Origin: an uncultured virus (IMG/VR IMGVR_UViG_3300017732_000002)
Taxonomy: Duplodnaviria > Heunggongvirae > Uroviricota > Caudoviricetes
Virus record (IMG/VR): IMGVR_UViG_3300017732_000002
Reading direction: 5' to 3' (one strand)
Length of the DNA: 54,243 nucleotides
The position numbers and the translations under genes were made by a program. Below are positions 1 to 8,101 of this stretch, in pieces. Within the stretch, counting starts at the first letter, position 1. Every line of letters begins with the position of its first letter. The notes under the pieces were generated by a model. That model saw only the letters and a program-made list of their open reading frames with translations. It was not told where the DNA came from and did not search any database.

Positions 1-156
1 ATATACTTTACCGTCCCAACGTCTATTTTTATAGGAAGGCATAAATTTTGCGTTAGGTACTTTAAATGAAAAGTAATCGTGCAAGTCTTTAGCGATTGAG
101 TCGTCACACGAAATCTTCATAAAGACTTCATTGACTTTAGAAATTTTTAAGTCCAT
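1..156 (-). CDS. uvsW: UvsW-like DNA helicase, N-terminal part (runs off window start)
   Basis: Manual translation MDLKISKVNEVFMKISCDDSIAKDLHDYFSFKVPNAKFMPSYKNRRWDGKVY resembles the UvsW N-terminus (F.VP.AKFMP.Y....WDGK); lies downstream of uvsY. Not in ORF track. Confidence 0.9.
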   Translation of the reverse strand, partial: MDLKISKVNEVFMKISCDDSIAKDLHDYFSFKVPNAKFMPSYKNRRWDGKVY

Positions 157-851
157 GCTGGGCCGTTGTACCAACCTACTATTGATACTCTAGTTCCTCT
201 CGTTACTGGTGTGACTTGGTGATATAACCAACTTGGAAATAAACATATTGAACCGATTGCTTGTGCACTGAATGGTAAAGTTCTTACTGCTTTATCGATA
301 TCAAGTTTTTTATCACCAAACTTAATTTTATCAAACTGTGGATTTGGTTCTAACCATTGAAACTTACCACCTTCATAATCTAAAGGGTCAGATAATTGTA
401 TAGTCATACTAATCTTTCTGTGTTCTGGCATTCCTTCCATACTCATGATTGACTCACCACCATGGTCTGTATGCCATGTATAGAAATCACCTGTAGGTAA
501 ATCAGGTTCGTAGTCGTAGATTGTGTATTGAAAGTTTTCTATCCAAGATAAATTGAAGTTCCAACCACACTCGTCCATTCCTTGGGCAACAATCTCATTA
601 ATCTTTTCCATGATATTGTCAGGCATTCTATACCTTGGGTCTTGACCAAGAAACCATTTTACCTTTGATTGTCTTATTTCAGCTGCCACGGACATGTCTA
701 CTGAGTCAGGTGCCCTATCAGGGTCATTCATTTGTCCGTTTCCTGTACGTCCTAAATCTAATGGAATTCCTTTGGCATGTTGATGTATTTGTGCAACTTC
801 TTCTCTAGTAAAGAATTCAGGTGCTGTAAACATATAATTATTGAGTATCAT
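147..851 (-). CDS. 2OG-Fe(II) oxygenase (prolyl-4-hydroxylase-like)
   Basis: WHTD (HxD), RKISMTIQLS..DYEGG, FPSWLYHQVTPVTRGTRVSIVGW motifs. Confidence 0.9.
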   Translation of the reverse strand: MILNNYMFTAPEFFTREEVAQIHQHAKGIPLDLGRTGNGQMNDPDRAPDSVDMSVAAEIRQSKVKWFLGQDPRYRMPDNIMEKINEIVAQGMDECGWNFNLSWIENFQYTIYDYEPDLPTGDFYTWHTDHGGESIMSMEGMPEHRKISMTIQLSDPLDYEGGKFQWLEPNPQFDKIKFGDKKLDIDKAVRTLPFSAQAIGSICLFPSWLYHQVTPVTRGTRVSIVGWYNGPAWT

Positions 852-1291
852 TGTCCCGCCATAAACTTTCGCCAGTCGATTGTATTCTTAATCGTTTGGT
901 GTCTCCAAGTGATATTTTGCATACACTCTTTCAAGAAGTTGATAACGATTTTTTGATACTCCACTTTACCATTCATTCTTTGTAAGTCTTGGTCAGCGTT
1001 ATACCATATCTGCATATCATTCTTCATGACTTTGAGACCGTCAAAGGGGTCGTCTTCCCAACCAAGTTCTTTTATTTGTTCCTCAGACATCTTTCCGTTA
1101 TACCATAACCACTTATTTTTAAGCAGGATATTGTATTGGAATTCTAAGTTCTTGAGAACCAATATATTATCGGTCAAGAATTCTTGATATTTTGCGTGTA
1201 GTTTGGGGACTTCTAGAGACGATTTATCTAGTTCGATATCGTCAACTTCACAATCCTTAGCCCACTCTTTGCGTAGCTCTTCTAAGTTCAT
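848..1291 (-). CDS. uvsY: UvsY recombination mediator
   Basis: W.KD..ID..EL..SL..PKLHAKY start and IKNTIDWRKFMAG end; synteny gp3-uvsY-uvsW. Confidence 0.92.
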   Translation of the reverse strand: MNLEELRKEWAKDCEVDDIELDKSSLEVPKLHAKYQEFLTDNILVLKNLEFQYNILLKNKWLWYNGKMSEEQIKELGWEDDPFDGLKVMKNDMQIWYNADQDLQRMNGKVEYQKIVINFLKECMQNITWRHQTIKNTIDWRKFMAGQ

Positions 1292-1297
1292 ACTATA

Positions 1298-1306
1298 ATT
1301 ATATCA
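1298..1306 (-). promoter_or_regulatory. sigma70-type extended -10 element (TGnTATAAT) upstream of uvsY
   Basis: Minus strand reads tGATATAATtatagtATG; 6 nt between TATAAT and the start codon. Confidence 0.6.
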
Positions 1307-1319
1307 CGAAAATGTGTTT

Positions 1320-1856
1320 TTAACTAGTGGTTCCTATCTCATAATAAGTAAATCTAAAGTCTACTGTACATATTACAGCTTCACCACTCTCTCCTGATGC
1401 AAGTTCCAATCCACTTAGTGACGTTGGAAATGCGTCATAAAATTTAAAGAATCTGTTTGGTATATTCTTATTTGTATTTAGTACGAGTGTAATCATGCTA
1501 TATTGACTTAGGTCATTACCTGCACTTGAAAACTGGTTTGTTGCTGTTGCAGTTGTACCAACAAGTGTTTTGTACTTAGACGGGTCTTGTATAGGAACAA
1601 TAGAATCCATCCAATCATATACTTCTTTGAAGTTCTGTAAATCTTCGTCTACCAAAAACGATACAGATAACTTTTCAAATTCAACTTTATCGCCTGGAAA
1701 ATATGCGTCCAGTCCTATACCTGCTGGTACAGCAGTCTCACTGAATGATATGCCAGGAATATTTGCAGTACGCACGAAGTATTCCACCGTTGGAACTTTA
1801 TCGATGAGAAGTCTAAAGTTGTTCTTTTGAAGTATAGATTTGTTAATCGTAGTCAT
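1320..1856 (-). CDS. gp3: tail tube terminator / tail completion protein gp3
   Basis: NFRLLIDKVPTVEYF..ANIPGI, PGDK..F..L...FLVDEDL.N..E...W, F.DAFPTSLS; position after gp23. Confidence 0.88.
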   Translation of the reverse strand: MTTINKSILQKNNFRLLIDKVPTVEYFVRTANIPGISFSETAVPAGIGLDAYFPGDKVEFEKLSVSFLVDEDLQNFKEVYDWMDSIVPIQDPSKYKTLVGTTATATNQFSSAGNDLSQYSMITLVLNTNKNIPNRFFKFYDAFPTSLSGLELASGESGEAVICTVDFRFTYYEIGTTS

Positions 1857-1861
1857 ATACC

Positions 1862-1868
1862 TATTTAG
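1862..1868 (-). promoter_or_regulatory. T4-type late promoter variant (CTAAATA) for gp3
   Basis: tatttag on plus strand, 5 nt before gp3 ATG. Confidence 0.65.
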
Positions 1869-1875
1869 GTAATTT

Positions 1876-1995
1876 CTAAGACTGTTCTGATTCTAACTTT
1901 AACTCACTGAGTCCTGCTAGTTTGATAACCTTGGGTAGTCTACCGCACTTCATAAATTTATGAAATCTTTTGTTTATTTGTTTTATATACGCCAT
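1876..1995 (-). CDS. small basic hypothetical protein (39 aa)
   Basis: Manual translation MAYIKQINKRFHKFMKCGRLPKVIKLAGLSELKLESEQS; fills the gap between terminators and gp3; below ORF-track cutoff. Confidence 0.5.
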   Translation of the reverse strand: MAYIKQINKRFHKFMKCGRLPKVIKLAGLSELKLESEQS

Positions 1996-2003
1996 ATAGT
2001 ATA

Positions 2004-2043
2004 TAGACACGAAAGTGTCACACAACTGTCACAATTGAGACAC
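2004..2043. repeat. four 7-bp direct repeats at 11-bp period (Pho-box-like)
   Basis: TAGACAC(2004), GTGTCAC(2015), CTGTCAC(2026), GAGACAC(2037). Confidence 0.5.
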
Positions 2044-2050
2044 AAAAAAG

Positions 2051-2075
2051 AAAAACCCCACCGAAGTGGGGTTTT
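2051..2075 (-). terminator. rho-independent terminator (second of pair)
   Basis: Minus strand AAAACCCCAC-TTCG-GTGGGGTTTTT followed by CTTTTTT. Confidence 0.9.
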
Positions 2076-2108
2076 AGATACTACCGTCCTGCACGAATGA
2101 TTTGTATC
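2051..2108 (-). ncRNA. candidate ~60-nt late small RNA
   Basis: CTAAATA at 2114-2120 right after first terminator; GATAC...GTATC stem; own terminator; no ORF. Confidence 0.45.
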
Positions 2109-2121
2109 ACTTTTATTTAGA

Positions 2122-2152
2122 ACAAAAAAAACCCCAGCGAACTGGGGTTTTT
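2122..2152 (-). terminator. rho-independent terminator of gp23
   Basis: Minus strand AAAAACCCCAG-TTCG-CTGGGGTTTTTTTT just after gp23 stop. Confidence 0.92.
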
Positions 2153-2175
2153 AATTTCGGTTGAGTAACTATTCT

Positions 2176-3489
2176 TTATAGAATGTTAGATACTGCGAAC
2201 TTTCTGTAGTATTGGTTTGTACCAGCAGAAGCTAGACCATTAGCAGGTGTAGAACCTACGAATGGGTTAGATACCATTCCGTATCTAGTTTTGAAACCAA
2301 TTTTTGGTTGGAAAGTATTCTCACCAACGGCACGAACCATTTGTAATGGAACGTATGGGCAATAGAAAAGTCCAGCGTCATAAGGGTTAGACCCTCTGTA
2401 ACCGACAGTCAAGTAATCAACACCAGCATATGGGTCGATATAAACTTTAACTCTACCGTTTAGAACACCAGCAAAAGTATTACCAGTATCGTCAACGTTA
2501 ATGTCAGTGTTAAGCGCAGGAGTATAATCTAATACACCAGCCATTGATAAAGCAGATGCAACGTCAGAAGAACAAAGGATAAAGTTACCTTTACCACGTC
2601 TTGTTTCTTTTGCGATTACATTTGATTCTCTTTCTATTTGGAATAATAGACCTTTGAATTTCTCAACTGACCAACGTCCGTTAGCATCAACATCTAAGTT
2701 GAAAGTACCAGCAGAAGCAGTTGCAGATGCACCTACTTTAGCTTGTATGTTAACGTTTCTTACTACTTCTCTGTTGATTTCCGCAAGGATTTCAGATGAT
2801 AGTATGTTAGCGAGTTCAGATTCAGCGTCTAGACCGTGAATTGCTTTAAGGTCTTGTGCCAATTCTAAAGTATATTCCGCTTTAAGTGCTCTTGATTTAG
2901 CAGTTACTGTAGCTTTCTCAATTGTGAAAGCCATTTGAGCGAATCCGTTGGAAGCTTCGACATCACCTAATGCTTCTGCAGTTGCAGTAGACATACCTGA
3001 ACCAGTTGTGTCTTCATAAGAAGGCGAACTAGTGTCAAATGGGTCACTGATTGCAGCTGTTAATGCACCAGCTGAAGTTGTCTGAGCAGCAGCCGAATAA
3101 GGAGTATGAGGTTCGTCAAGCCCTAAAGCTTCAGTTTTACCTTCACGTCCTTGAGTCGGATAGTCGTTATACCTTGCTTTCATAGCAAAGATAAGTCCTG
3201 TTGGCCCAGTCATTGGTTGAACACCACAAATGTCGTAAGCAACCAAGTTAGGCATAGCTCGTCTTACTAGACTAATTAGGATTGGATCCCAGTTAGATAC
3301 AGCAGAACTGCCAGTAGCATTTAAAGGTGCAGCTTCGTCAAGAGAAACTCTATCTTCGTTAAGAGCTTTTTCTTGGTTTTCTAGGATTACTGCGGTAACA
3401 GCCTTCTTGTAAGAGTCTTCGATTTTTGGCAAATCAGAATGCTCTAGGATAGGTTGCCACTTTTCCTGTAAGTTTTCAGATAAAAACAT
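2176..3489 (-). CDS. gp23: major capsid protein gp23
   Basis: LVRRAMPNLVAYDICGVQPMTGPTGLIFAM, KSRALKAEYTLELAQDLKAIHGLDAE, FQPKIGFKTRYG. Confidence 0.99.
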   Translation of the reverse strand: MFLSENLQEKWQPILEHSDLPKIEDSYKKAVTAVILENQEKALNEDRVSLDEAAPLNATGSSAVSNWDPILISLVRRAMPNLVAYDICGVQPMTGPTGLIFAMKARYNDYPTQGREGKTEALGLDEPHTPYSAAAQTTSAGALTAAISDPFDTSSPSYEDTTGSGMSTATAEALGDVEASNGFAQMAFTIEKATVTAKSRALKAEYTLELAQDLKAIHGLDAESELANILSSEILAEINREVVRNVNIQAKVGASATASAGTFNLDVDANGRWSVEKFKGLLFQIERESNVIAKETRRGKGNFILCSSDVASALSMAGVLDYTPALNTDINVDDTGNTFAGVLNGRVKVYIDPYAGVDYLTVGYRGSNPYDAGLFYCPYVPLQMVRAVGENTFQPKIGFKTRYGMVSNPFVGSTPANGLASAGTNQYYRKFAVSNIL

Positions 3490-3509
3490 TGTTTTTAATC
3501 TCCTTTAAA

Positions 3510-4874
3510 TTAACCTAATGGTTTTAGTTTACTAATTGCGTCAGAATACCTTTGAAGGGAAGGGTCTATAACAGGTGAAGAGTTTTCATCTTCAAGCGTT
3601 CCAGTTCCTTCTTCAACTACGGTATCCTCAGAAATAGATTCACCTTCAATACCGAAGTATGCTTCTTTGATTTCACCAATCTTCTCTTGGAAGTCAGCTT
3701 CGTCATTGAAGTCTACACCGTTTGCAAGTGATTCTAATTTCTCTTTCTGTGATTCAGTTAAGTCCGAAGACGCATCCCTTACCACATTTTCTCTCTTGAG
3801 AGTGTTCAACTCTTCTGCGATGTCCATATTTGTTTGAACTTCGGAGTCAAGTTTAACTTCCATCTCATCGAGACGATTAGAAAGCTCATCAATCACGTCA
3901 TACTTATCTTCGGGAACGTCAACATAATGTTCTACGAACAATGTTTTCAATCCTGAAATAAAGTTTTCAGTCATTTCAGCTTTCAAACCTCTCTCGATAG
4001 CTAATTCGTTTTCTTTCGTCCACTCGTCAGCAACGTAAGACAAGTATTTGTCAACTGCTTCACTTAAGTCGGCTTTGACCTTATCTACTGAGGTTTGTAA
4101 TTCTGTTTCGTAAGCTTCTTTCAATCCTTTTTCAACTTCTGCAACTTTACTTGATACTGCAGCTTTAAAGATTGTTTTAGCTTTTTCTCGGTTCTCTTCT
4201 GACAAGTCTAATGCTTCTGAGATTGCATTTAGGTCGTCTTCAATTTCAATCTCTACAAGTTTAGATTCGAGTTCTTCGGAAGTTTCTTCGTCAACAGATT
4301 CTTTTTTCATCTTCTTGTCTTCGTCTTCTTCCTCTTCGTCCTCGACACCTTTCATCTTGCCGTACATCTCTTGAACCTTTTCGTCATCTAGTTTTTTAAC
4401 TAGTTCGACAATGTTTCTTGCGATTTCTGCCTTAGTCAAAGACTCGTCAACCTCATCTTCTGAAATAGAAGAGAAAATACCTTGAAGGTCTTCTTTATTC
4501 ATTTCCTTCATTGTGTTGACCATAGCTTTGATTGTTTCCATCTTGGAAGGAACTTTTTCTTCTGCTTCAGAAACTTCTGCTTCTTCGTCAGCGCCTTCGC
4601 CTTCTTTGATTTTTTCAGCCTTATCAGGTTTCCCTTCACCCTTTTGTTGTGGGTCTGCGGAAATCTCTTTGACTCCATCTTCTGCTTTATCTACAGAATC
4701 GACAGCTTTGTCAACAGGATTTTCTTCGGGTTTGACGACTTCAGCTTTTCCACTTTCTATTTTAGCGGAATCACTTGAACCTTGCTTAGGCGGGTTTTTG
4801 TCACCTTTCTCAGCTTTAGCGTCAGGTTGTCCTGCCTCTAATAGCTCATCTTGGTTTGTATCTAACTCTGCCAT
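3510..4874 (-). CDS. gp22: prohead core scaffold protein gp22
   Basis: Acidic coiled-coil; KAKTIFKAAV, VDKYLSYVADEW..ENELAIERGLKAE; between gp21 and gp23. Confidence 0.93.
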   Translation of the reverse strand: MAELDTNQDELLEAGQPDAKAEKGDKNPPKQGSSDSAKIESGKAEVVKPEENPVDKAVDSVDKAEDGVKEISADPQQKGEGKPDKAEKIKEGEGADEEAEVSEAEEKVPSKMETIKAMVNTMKEMNKEDLQGIFSSISEDEVDESLTKAEIARNIVELVKKLDDEKVQEMYGKMKGVEDEEEEDEDKKMKKESVDEETSEELESKLVEIEIEDDLNAISEALDLSEENREKAKTIFKAAVSSKVAEVEKGLKEAYETELQTSVDKVKADLSEAVDKYLSYVADEWTKENELAIERGLKAEMTENFISGLKTLFVEHYVDVPEDKYDVIDELSNRLDEMEVKLDSEVQTNMDIAEELNTLKRENVVRDASSDLTESQKEKLESLANGVDFNDEADFQEKIGEIKEAYFGIEGESISEDTVVEEGTGTLEDENSSPVIDPSLQRYSDAISKLKPLG

Positions 4875-4902
4875 ATTTTTCTCCTGTTTGAGTTTACTTT
4901 TT

Positions 4903-4910
4903 TATTTATA
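4903..4910 (-). promoter_or_regulatory. late promoter TATAAATA for gp22-gp23
   Basis: Exact T4 late consensus upstream of AGGAG and gp22 ATG. Confidence 0.8.
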
Positions 4911-4912
4911 TG

Positions 4913-5557
4913 TTATAAGTTCTTAACGAACGTTTTCCATAAATTAATTTTTGTTTCTTCAAGTCTAACCTGCTTTTCGTTCTTTAAAACTTCTCTCATA
5001 GACTCCATTTCTTGTCTTTTTAGGATTCCATTGTCCATAATCCACTCAACACCTTCCATGATACCGTCTACGAAGGCATCTGGCGCTGAAGGGTCTGCGA
5101 CAATATCACCTGCAGTTGCAAGTTGAAAGTCCGACTTCACATACTGTGCGTCTGATTTTTGTTCTAATGAACCAAGTCCTCTTGAAGAGACACCTAGTTT
5201 TGCACCGTCATTGATAAGATTTTTTACAATCTCACCATTTGGAGTGCTCAAAATTTTTGCTTTACCTACCCAATTACTACCGTCTTCGTGAAGTTCGGTA
5301 ATCATGTGGGATACTTTGTCTAAATTGATTGTTGGCCCTTCGGGGTGTCCTAACTCACCGAATGCTCTTTGTTCGTTTACGAATTCTTTTACGTAACGAT
5401 TGACTTCTTTTGCCATGATTTCTTTGGGATAGATTCTTCCGTTACGATTCTTTATGTCTGCTTGCATAAAGACACCTTCGATAAAGTAATCTTTTTTACC
5501 ATTTTCTTTTGATTCGATTAATGGTTTTGCTTCGTTATACTCTGAAATTAATTTCAT
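4913..5557 (-). CDS. gp21: prohead protease gp21
   Basis: IEGVFMQADIKNRNGRIYP, GELGHP, LGVSSRGLGSL, DIVADPSAPDAFV. Confidence 0.97.
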   Translation of the reverse strand: MKLISEYNEAKPLIESKENGKKDYFIEGVFMQADIKNRNGRIYPKEIMAKEVNRYVKEFVNEQRAFGELGHPEGPTINLDKVSHMITELHEDGSNWVGKAKILSTPNGEIVKNLINDGAKLGVSSRGLGSLEQKSDAQYVKSDFQLATAGDIVADPSAPDAFVDGIMEGVEWIMDNGILKRQEMESMREVLKNEKQVRLEETKINLWKTFVKNL

Positions 5558-5831
5558 TGAAAATTTCCTCTTCTGTTACCCCTTCAAAATTCATTTGTTT
5601 AAAGAGTTTGGATAATTCCTTCACAGATTTTTCTGCGTCCTTCAAGTCCTTGTAAGGCCCTGTTTCATTATTATTAACGAATGCGTAAATGTCTTTACCC
5701 ATTTTACTATAGGTAATGTTGTAGGTCTTTCCACCAGTTTTCATTGTATCTACTTTAAGTTCTTTATGTTTTTTAGGCAACTTAAATTTCGCCTCATAAA
5801 GTTCTCTTGATATAGATGCAAAAGATTTCAT
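5535..5831 (-). CDS. small protein in gp68 position (possible prohead core protein)
   Basis: Synteny gp20-gp67-X-gp21; MKSF..I start typical of head-internal proteins. Confidence 0.5.
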   Translation of the reverse strand: MKSFASISRELYEAKFKLPKKHKELKVDTMKTGGKTYNITYSKMGKDIYAFVNNNETGPYKDLKDAEKSVKELSKLFKQMNFEGVTEEEIFNEINFRV

Positions 5832-6011
5832 TTACTCTTCCTCTGCTGTAGCTTCAGGTTCATTTTTCATCCAATCAACCGTTGCTTCCACTCTCTTCAT
5901 GTCCACTGCTTGGGCAGCTTTCTCTTTAATGCCGTCAAAAATAGAATCCTTAGCGTCTTGCAACTTACCTTGTTCTATTTCGTCAACTATCTTTTTTGCT
6001 ATTTCAGTCAT
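5832..6011 (-). CDS. gp67: prohead core protein, gp67-like (59 aa)
   Basis: Manual translation MTEIAKKIVDEIEQGKLQDAKDSIFDGIKEKAAQAVDMKRVEATVDWMKNEPEATAEEE; directly after gp20; acidic tail; missing from ORF track. Confidence 0.7.
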   Translation of the reverse strand: MTEIAKKIVDEIEQGKLQDAKDSIFDGIKEKAAQAVDMKRVEATVDWMKNEPEATAEEE

Positions 6012-6014
6012 TTA

Positions 6015-7550
6015 TTAAAATCCCCCAAATTCATCGTCACCACCTTCTTCGTCTCCACCCTCGTCTTCCATTTGTTTGTCCATAAGTTTCATTTCTTCTT
6101 CTGTTTGCATTAAGATATTCTTACGTACAAACTCCTGAGAATAATACTTACCAACATACTCGTCTACGGTTGATAAAGTCTCAAGTCTCTCACGCATAAT
6201 TTCAGCGTCTTTCAACTCTGCGAAGTGGTTATCGCTAGCATAATCAAACTGTACGAAGTCTTTGACCATTTTGTCAAATTCTTCGCCACTTACAATTTCT
6301 TTTAGTATCAATTGAGTTCTTAAAACGTCAACAAATACTCTACTAAACTTCTTTTGAAGTCTATTCGTGAACTTATTAAACTTAAGTTCATCTCTTTGGA
6401 TTTCGGACGCACGTCCCAAATTGAATCCTGCGTCTGCTTCCATTCTAGAAGCTGGAATACTTAAACTCTTGTATAACTTCGACTTAAAGTATTCAATGTC
6501 TTCTATCTCCGAGAGATTTTGTCCGCCTGGCAAAGTTGTTATCTCTGTCCCACGTCCACCTTCTCTCCTAGGTAACCAAAAATCTTCCAACATAGACATA
6601 TGTTTTCTATCATCTTTGATTTCACCTGTGTCTGCATTGTAAACAAGTTTATTTCTATACTTGTTCATAACCTCAGACAAATACTGTTCTGCTTTTGCCT
6701 TTGGAAGGTTACCTACGTCAATGTAGAAAATCCTTCTTTCGGGTGCACGTGATATCCTATAGATAACTAGTGCGTCTTCCATCATTGATAACTGGTTTGC
6801 AGTCTTCAATGCTTTATGAAGATACCCAATGACTACGTTCTTTGTGTAGTCTAATAAACCCGATGTAGTATATGATACTGCTTCGGGAGCAATCTTCACG
6901 GACGTTCCGTCATTCGCTGAAGATTTATCAAAACCTTTATCGTTGAAGACAAAAAATTCTTCAACTTGTTTTATTACGTCAACACCTGCTTTGTCCGATT
7001 TACCTTTGATTACATTTCTGACCTTCTTAATTTTAAGTGGGTCAATGTTTCTTAGGTCTACAATACCTGCTTTCGGACGTTTGCCGTCAACGACCTTATG
7101 GAAGTATATCCTTCCATCTATGTACCATTTTCGGAATAATTCGTGAGAGTTCTGATTGAACTTCATTAAGGCAAGAATATGATTAAACTCGTCATGTATC
7201 TTGTTTTTGATACTATCAGAAAGTTTTACGTTTCTGAGGTCGAGTGATACAATCTTGTCTTGAGAATCCGATGTAATACACTCATTAACAATATCTTCAA
7301 TCGCTGAGTCACACTCAGGGATTAGAGATATTTCACGGTATCTTGTAATGAGACCAACCTCATTCTTGATACCACCTTCCATATCAATGTAGGAACCATA
7401 TGCTCCACCTGATATGAACCCGCCTGGTTGTTGTTGAATGACGGGTGTACCGTCATCTTCAACAGGGGGGACGAAGGAAGGTGCCTTAGACACCTCTATG
7501 CTTCGTAGTTCATCCTTTTTACGGGATATTTCAAACCCAAAAATTTCCAT
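6015..7550 (-). CDS. gp20: portal vertex protein gp20
   Basis: MEDALVIYRISRAPERRIFYIDVGNLPK.KAEQYL, EDFWLPRREGGRGTEITTLPGGQNL. Confidence 0.99.
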   Translation of the reverse strand: MEIFGFEISRKKDELRSIEVSKAPSFVPPVEDDGTPVIQQQPGGFISGGAYGSYIDMEGGIKNEVGLITRYREISLIPECDSAIEDIVNECITSDSQDKIVSLDLRNVKLSDSIKNKIHDEFNHILALMKFNQNSHELFRKWYIDGRIYFHKVVDGKRPKAGIVDLRNIDPLKIKKVRNVIKGKSDKAGVDVIKQVEEFFVFNDKGFDKSSANDGTSVKIAPEAVSYTTSGLLDYTKNVVIGYLHKALKTANQLSMMEDALVIYRISRAPERRIFYIDVGNLPKAKAEQYLSEVMNKYRNKLVYNADTGEIKDDRKHMSMLEDFWLPRREGGRGTEITTLPGGQNLSEIEDIEYFKSKLYKSLSIPASRMEADAGFNLGRASEIQRDELKFNKFTNRLQKKFSRVFVDVLRTQLILKEIVSGEEFDKMVKDFVQFDYASDNHFAELKDAEIMRERLETLSTVDEYVGKYYSQEFVRKNILMQTEEEMKLMDKQMEDEGGDEEGGDDEFGGF

Positions 7551-7555
7551 ACTAA

Positions 7556-7563
7556 TATTTATA
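7556..7563 (-). promoter_or_regulatory. late promoter TATAAATA for gp20
   Basis: Exact consensus 5 nt before ATG. Confidence 0.8.
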
Positions 7564-7592
7564 CTCCCCTAAAAGGGTGTATTTCACTTTAA

Positions 7593-8090
7593 TTAAATAA
7601 CTCTTTCCCAGTGAGAATAGTCAAATGAAACTTCAAAAGTTTCAACTTCGTCAGCAGTTCCCATATTCAGTTCAATACCACCGATATTTTGAGGGAACAT
7701 ATTGAAGAATTCGTATCTCGCAAGGACTGAGTCATCTTTGTTTAACTGTTCAACGAATGCTCGTGATAACAAGTAATCGTTATTAATCGCACCGATACCT
7801 GAGTCTAACTGACTGATATCCAACTGCCATGATTCTAGGGCATTTCTTACACTGAATTCAACATCGTTGATTACAGTAACTGCCCATGGTTCAAAGGTTC
7901 TGTCTCCAGCAAGTTTCAAGTTCATTCCTCTGAATGGAACTGTGACCTGACCGACAGTCATAGCGGGAATCTGAGCAGCTTGACATAGAAACTCTATCTT
8001 ATTACCTGTTCTAGGTATGAAGACTCGGAACCTATTAGCTCTAGGGCCACCAGCGATTAGTTGCGCTTTAAATTCATCTATTGTTGCCAT
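7593..8090 (-). CDS. gp19: tail tube protein gp19
   Basis: GGPRANRF.V, FLCQAAQIP, VPFRG..LKLAGDRTFEPW.VTVIND. Confidence 0.97.
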   Translation of the reverse strand: MATIDEFKAQLIAGGPRANRFRVFIPRTGNKIEFLCQAAQIPAMTVGQVTVPFRGMNLKLAGDRTFEPWAVTVINDVEFSVRNALESWQLDISQLDSGIGAINNDYLLSRAFVEQLNKDDSVLARYEFFNMFPQNIGGIELNMGTADEVETFEVSFDYSHWERVI

Positions 8091-8101
8091 TTATTTCTCC
8101 C

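Noticed and set aside
5910..6113. 67-aa ORF from the track
   Set aside because: The region is better explained by the end of gp20 and the gp67-like ORF at 5832-6011 on the minus strand.
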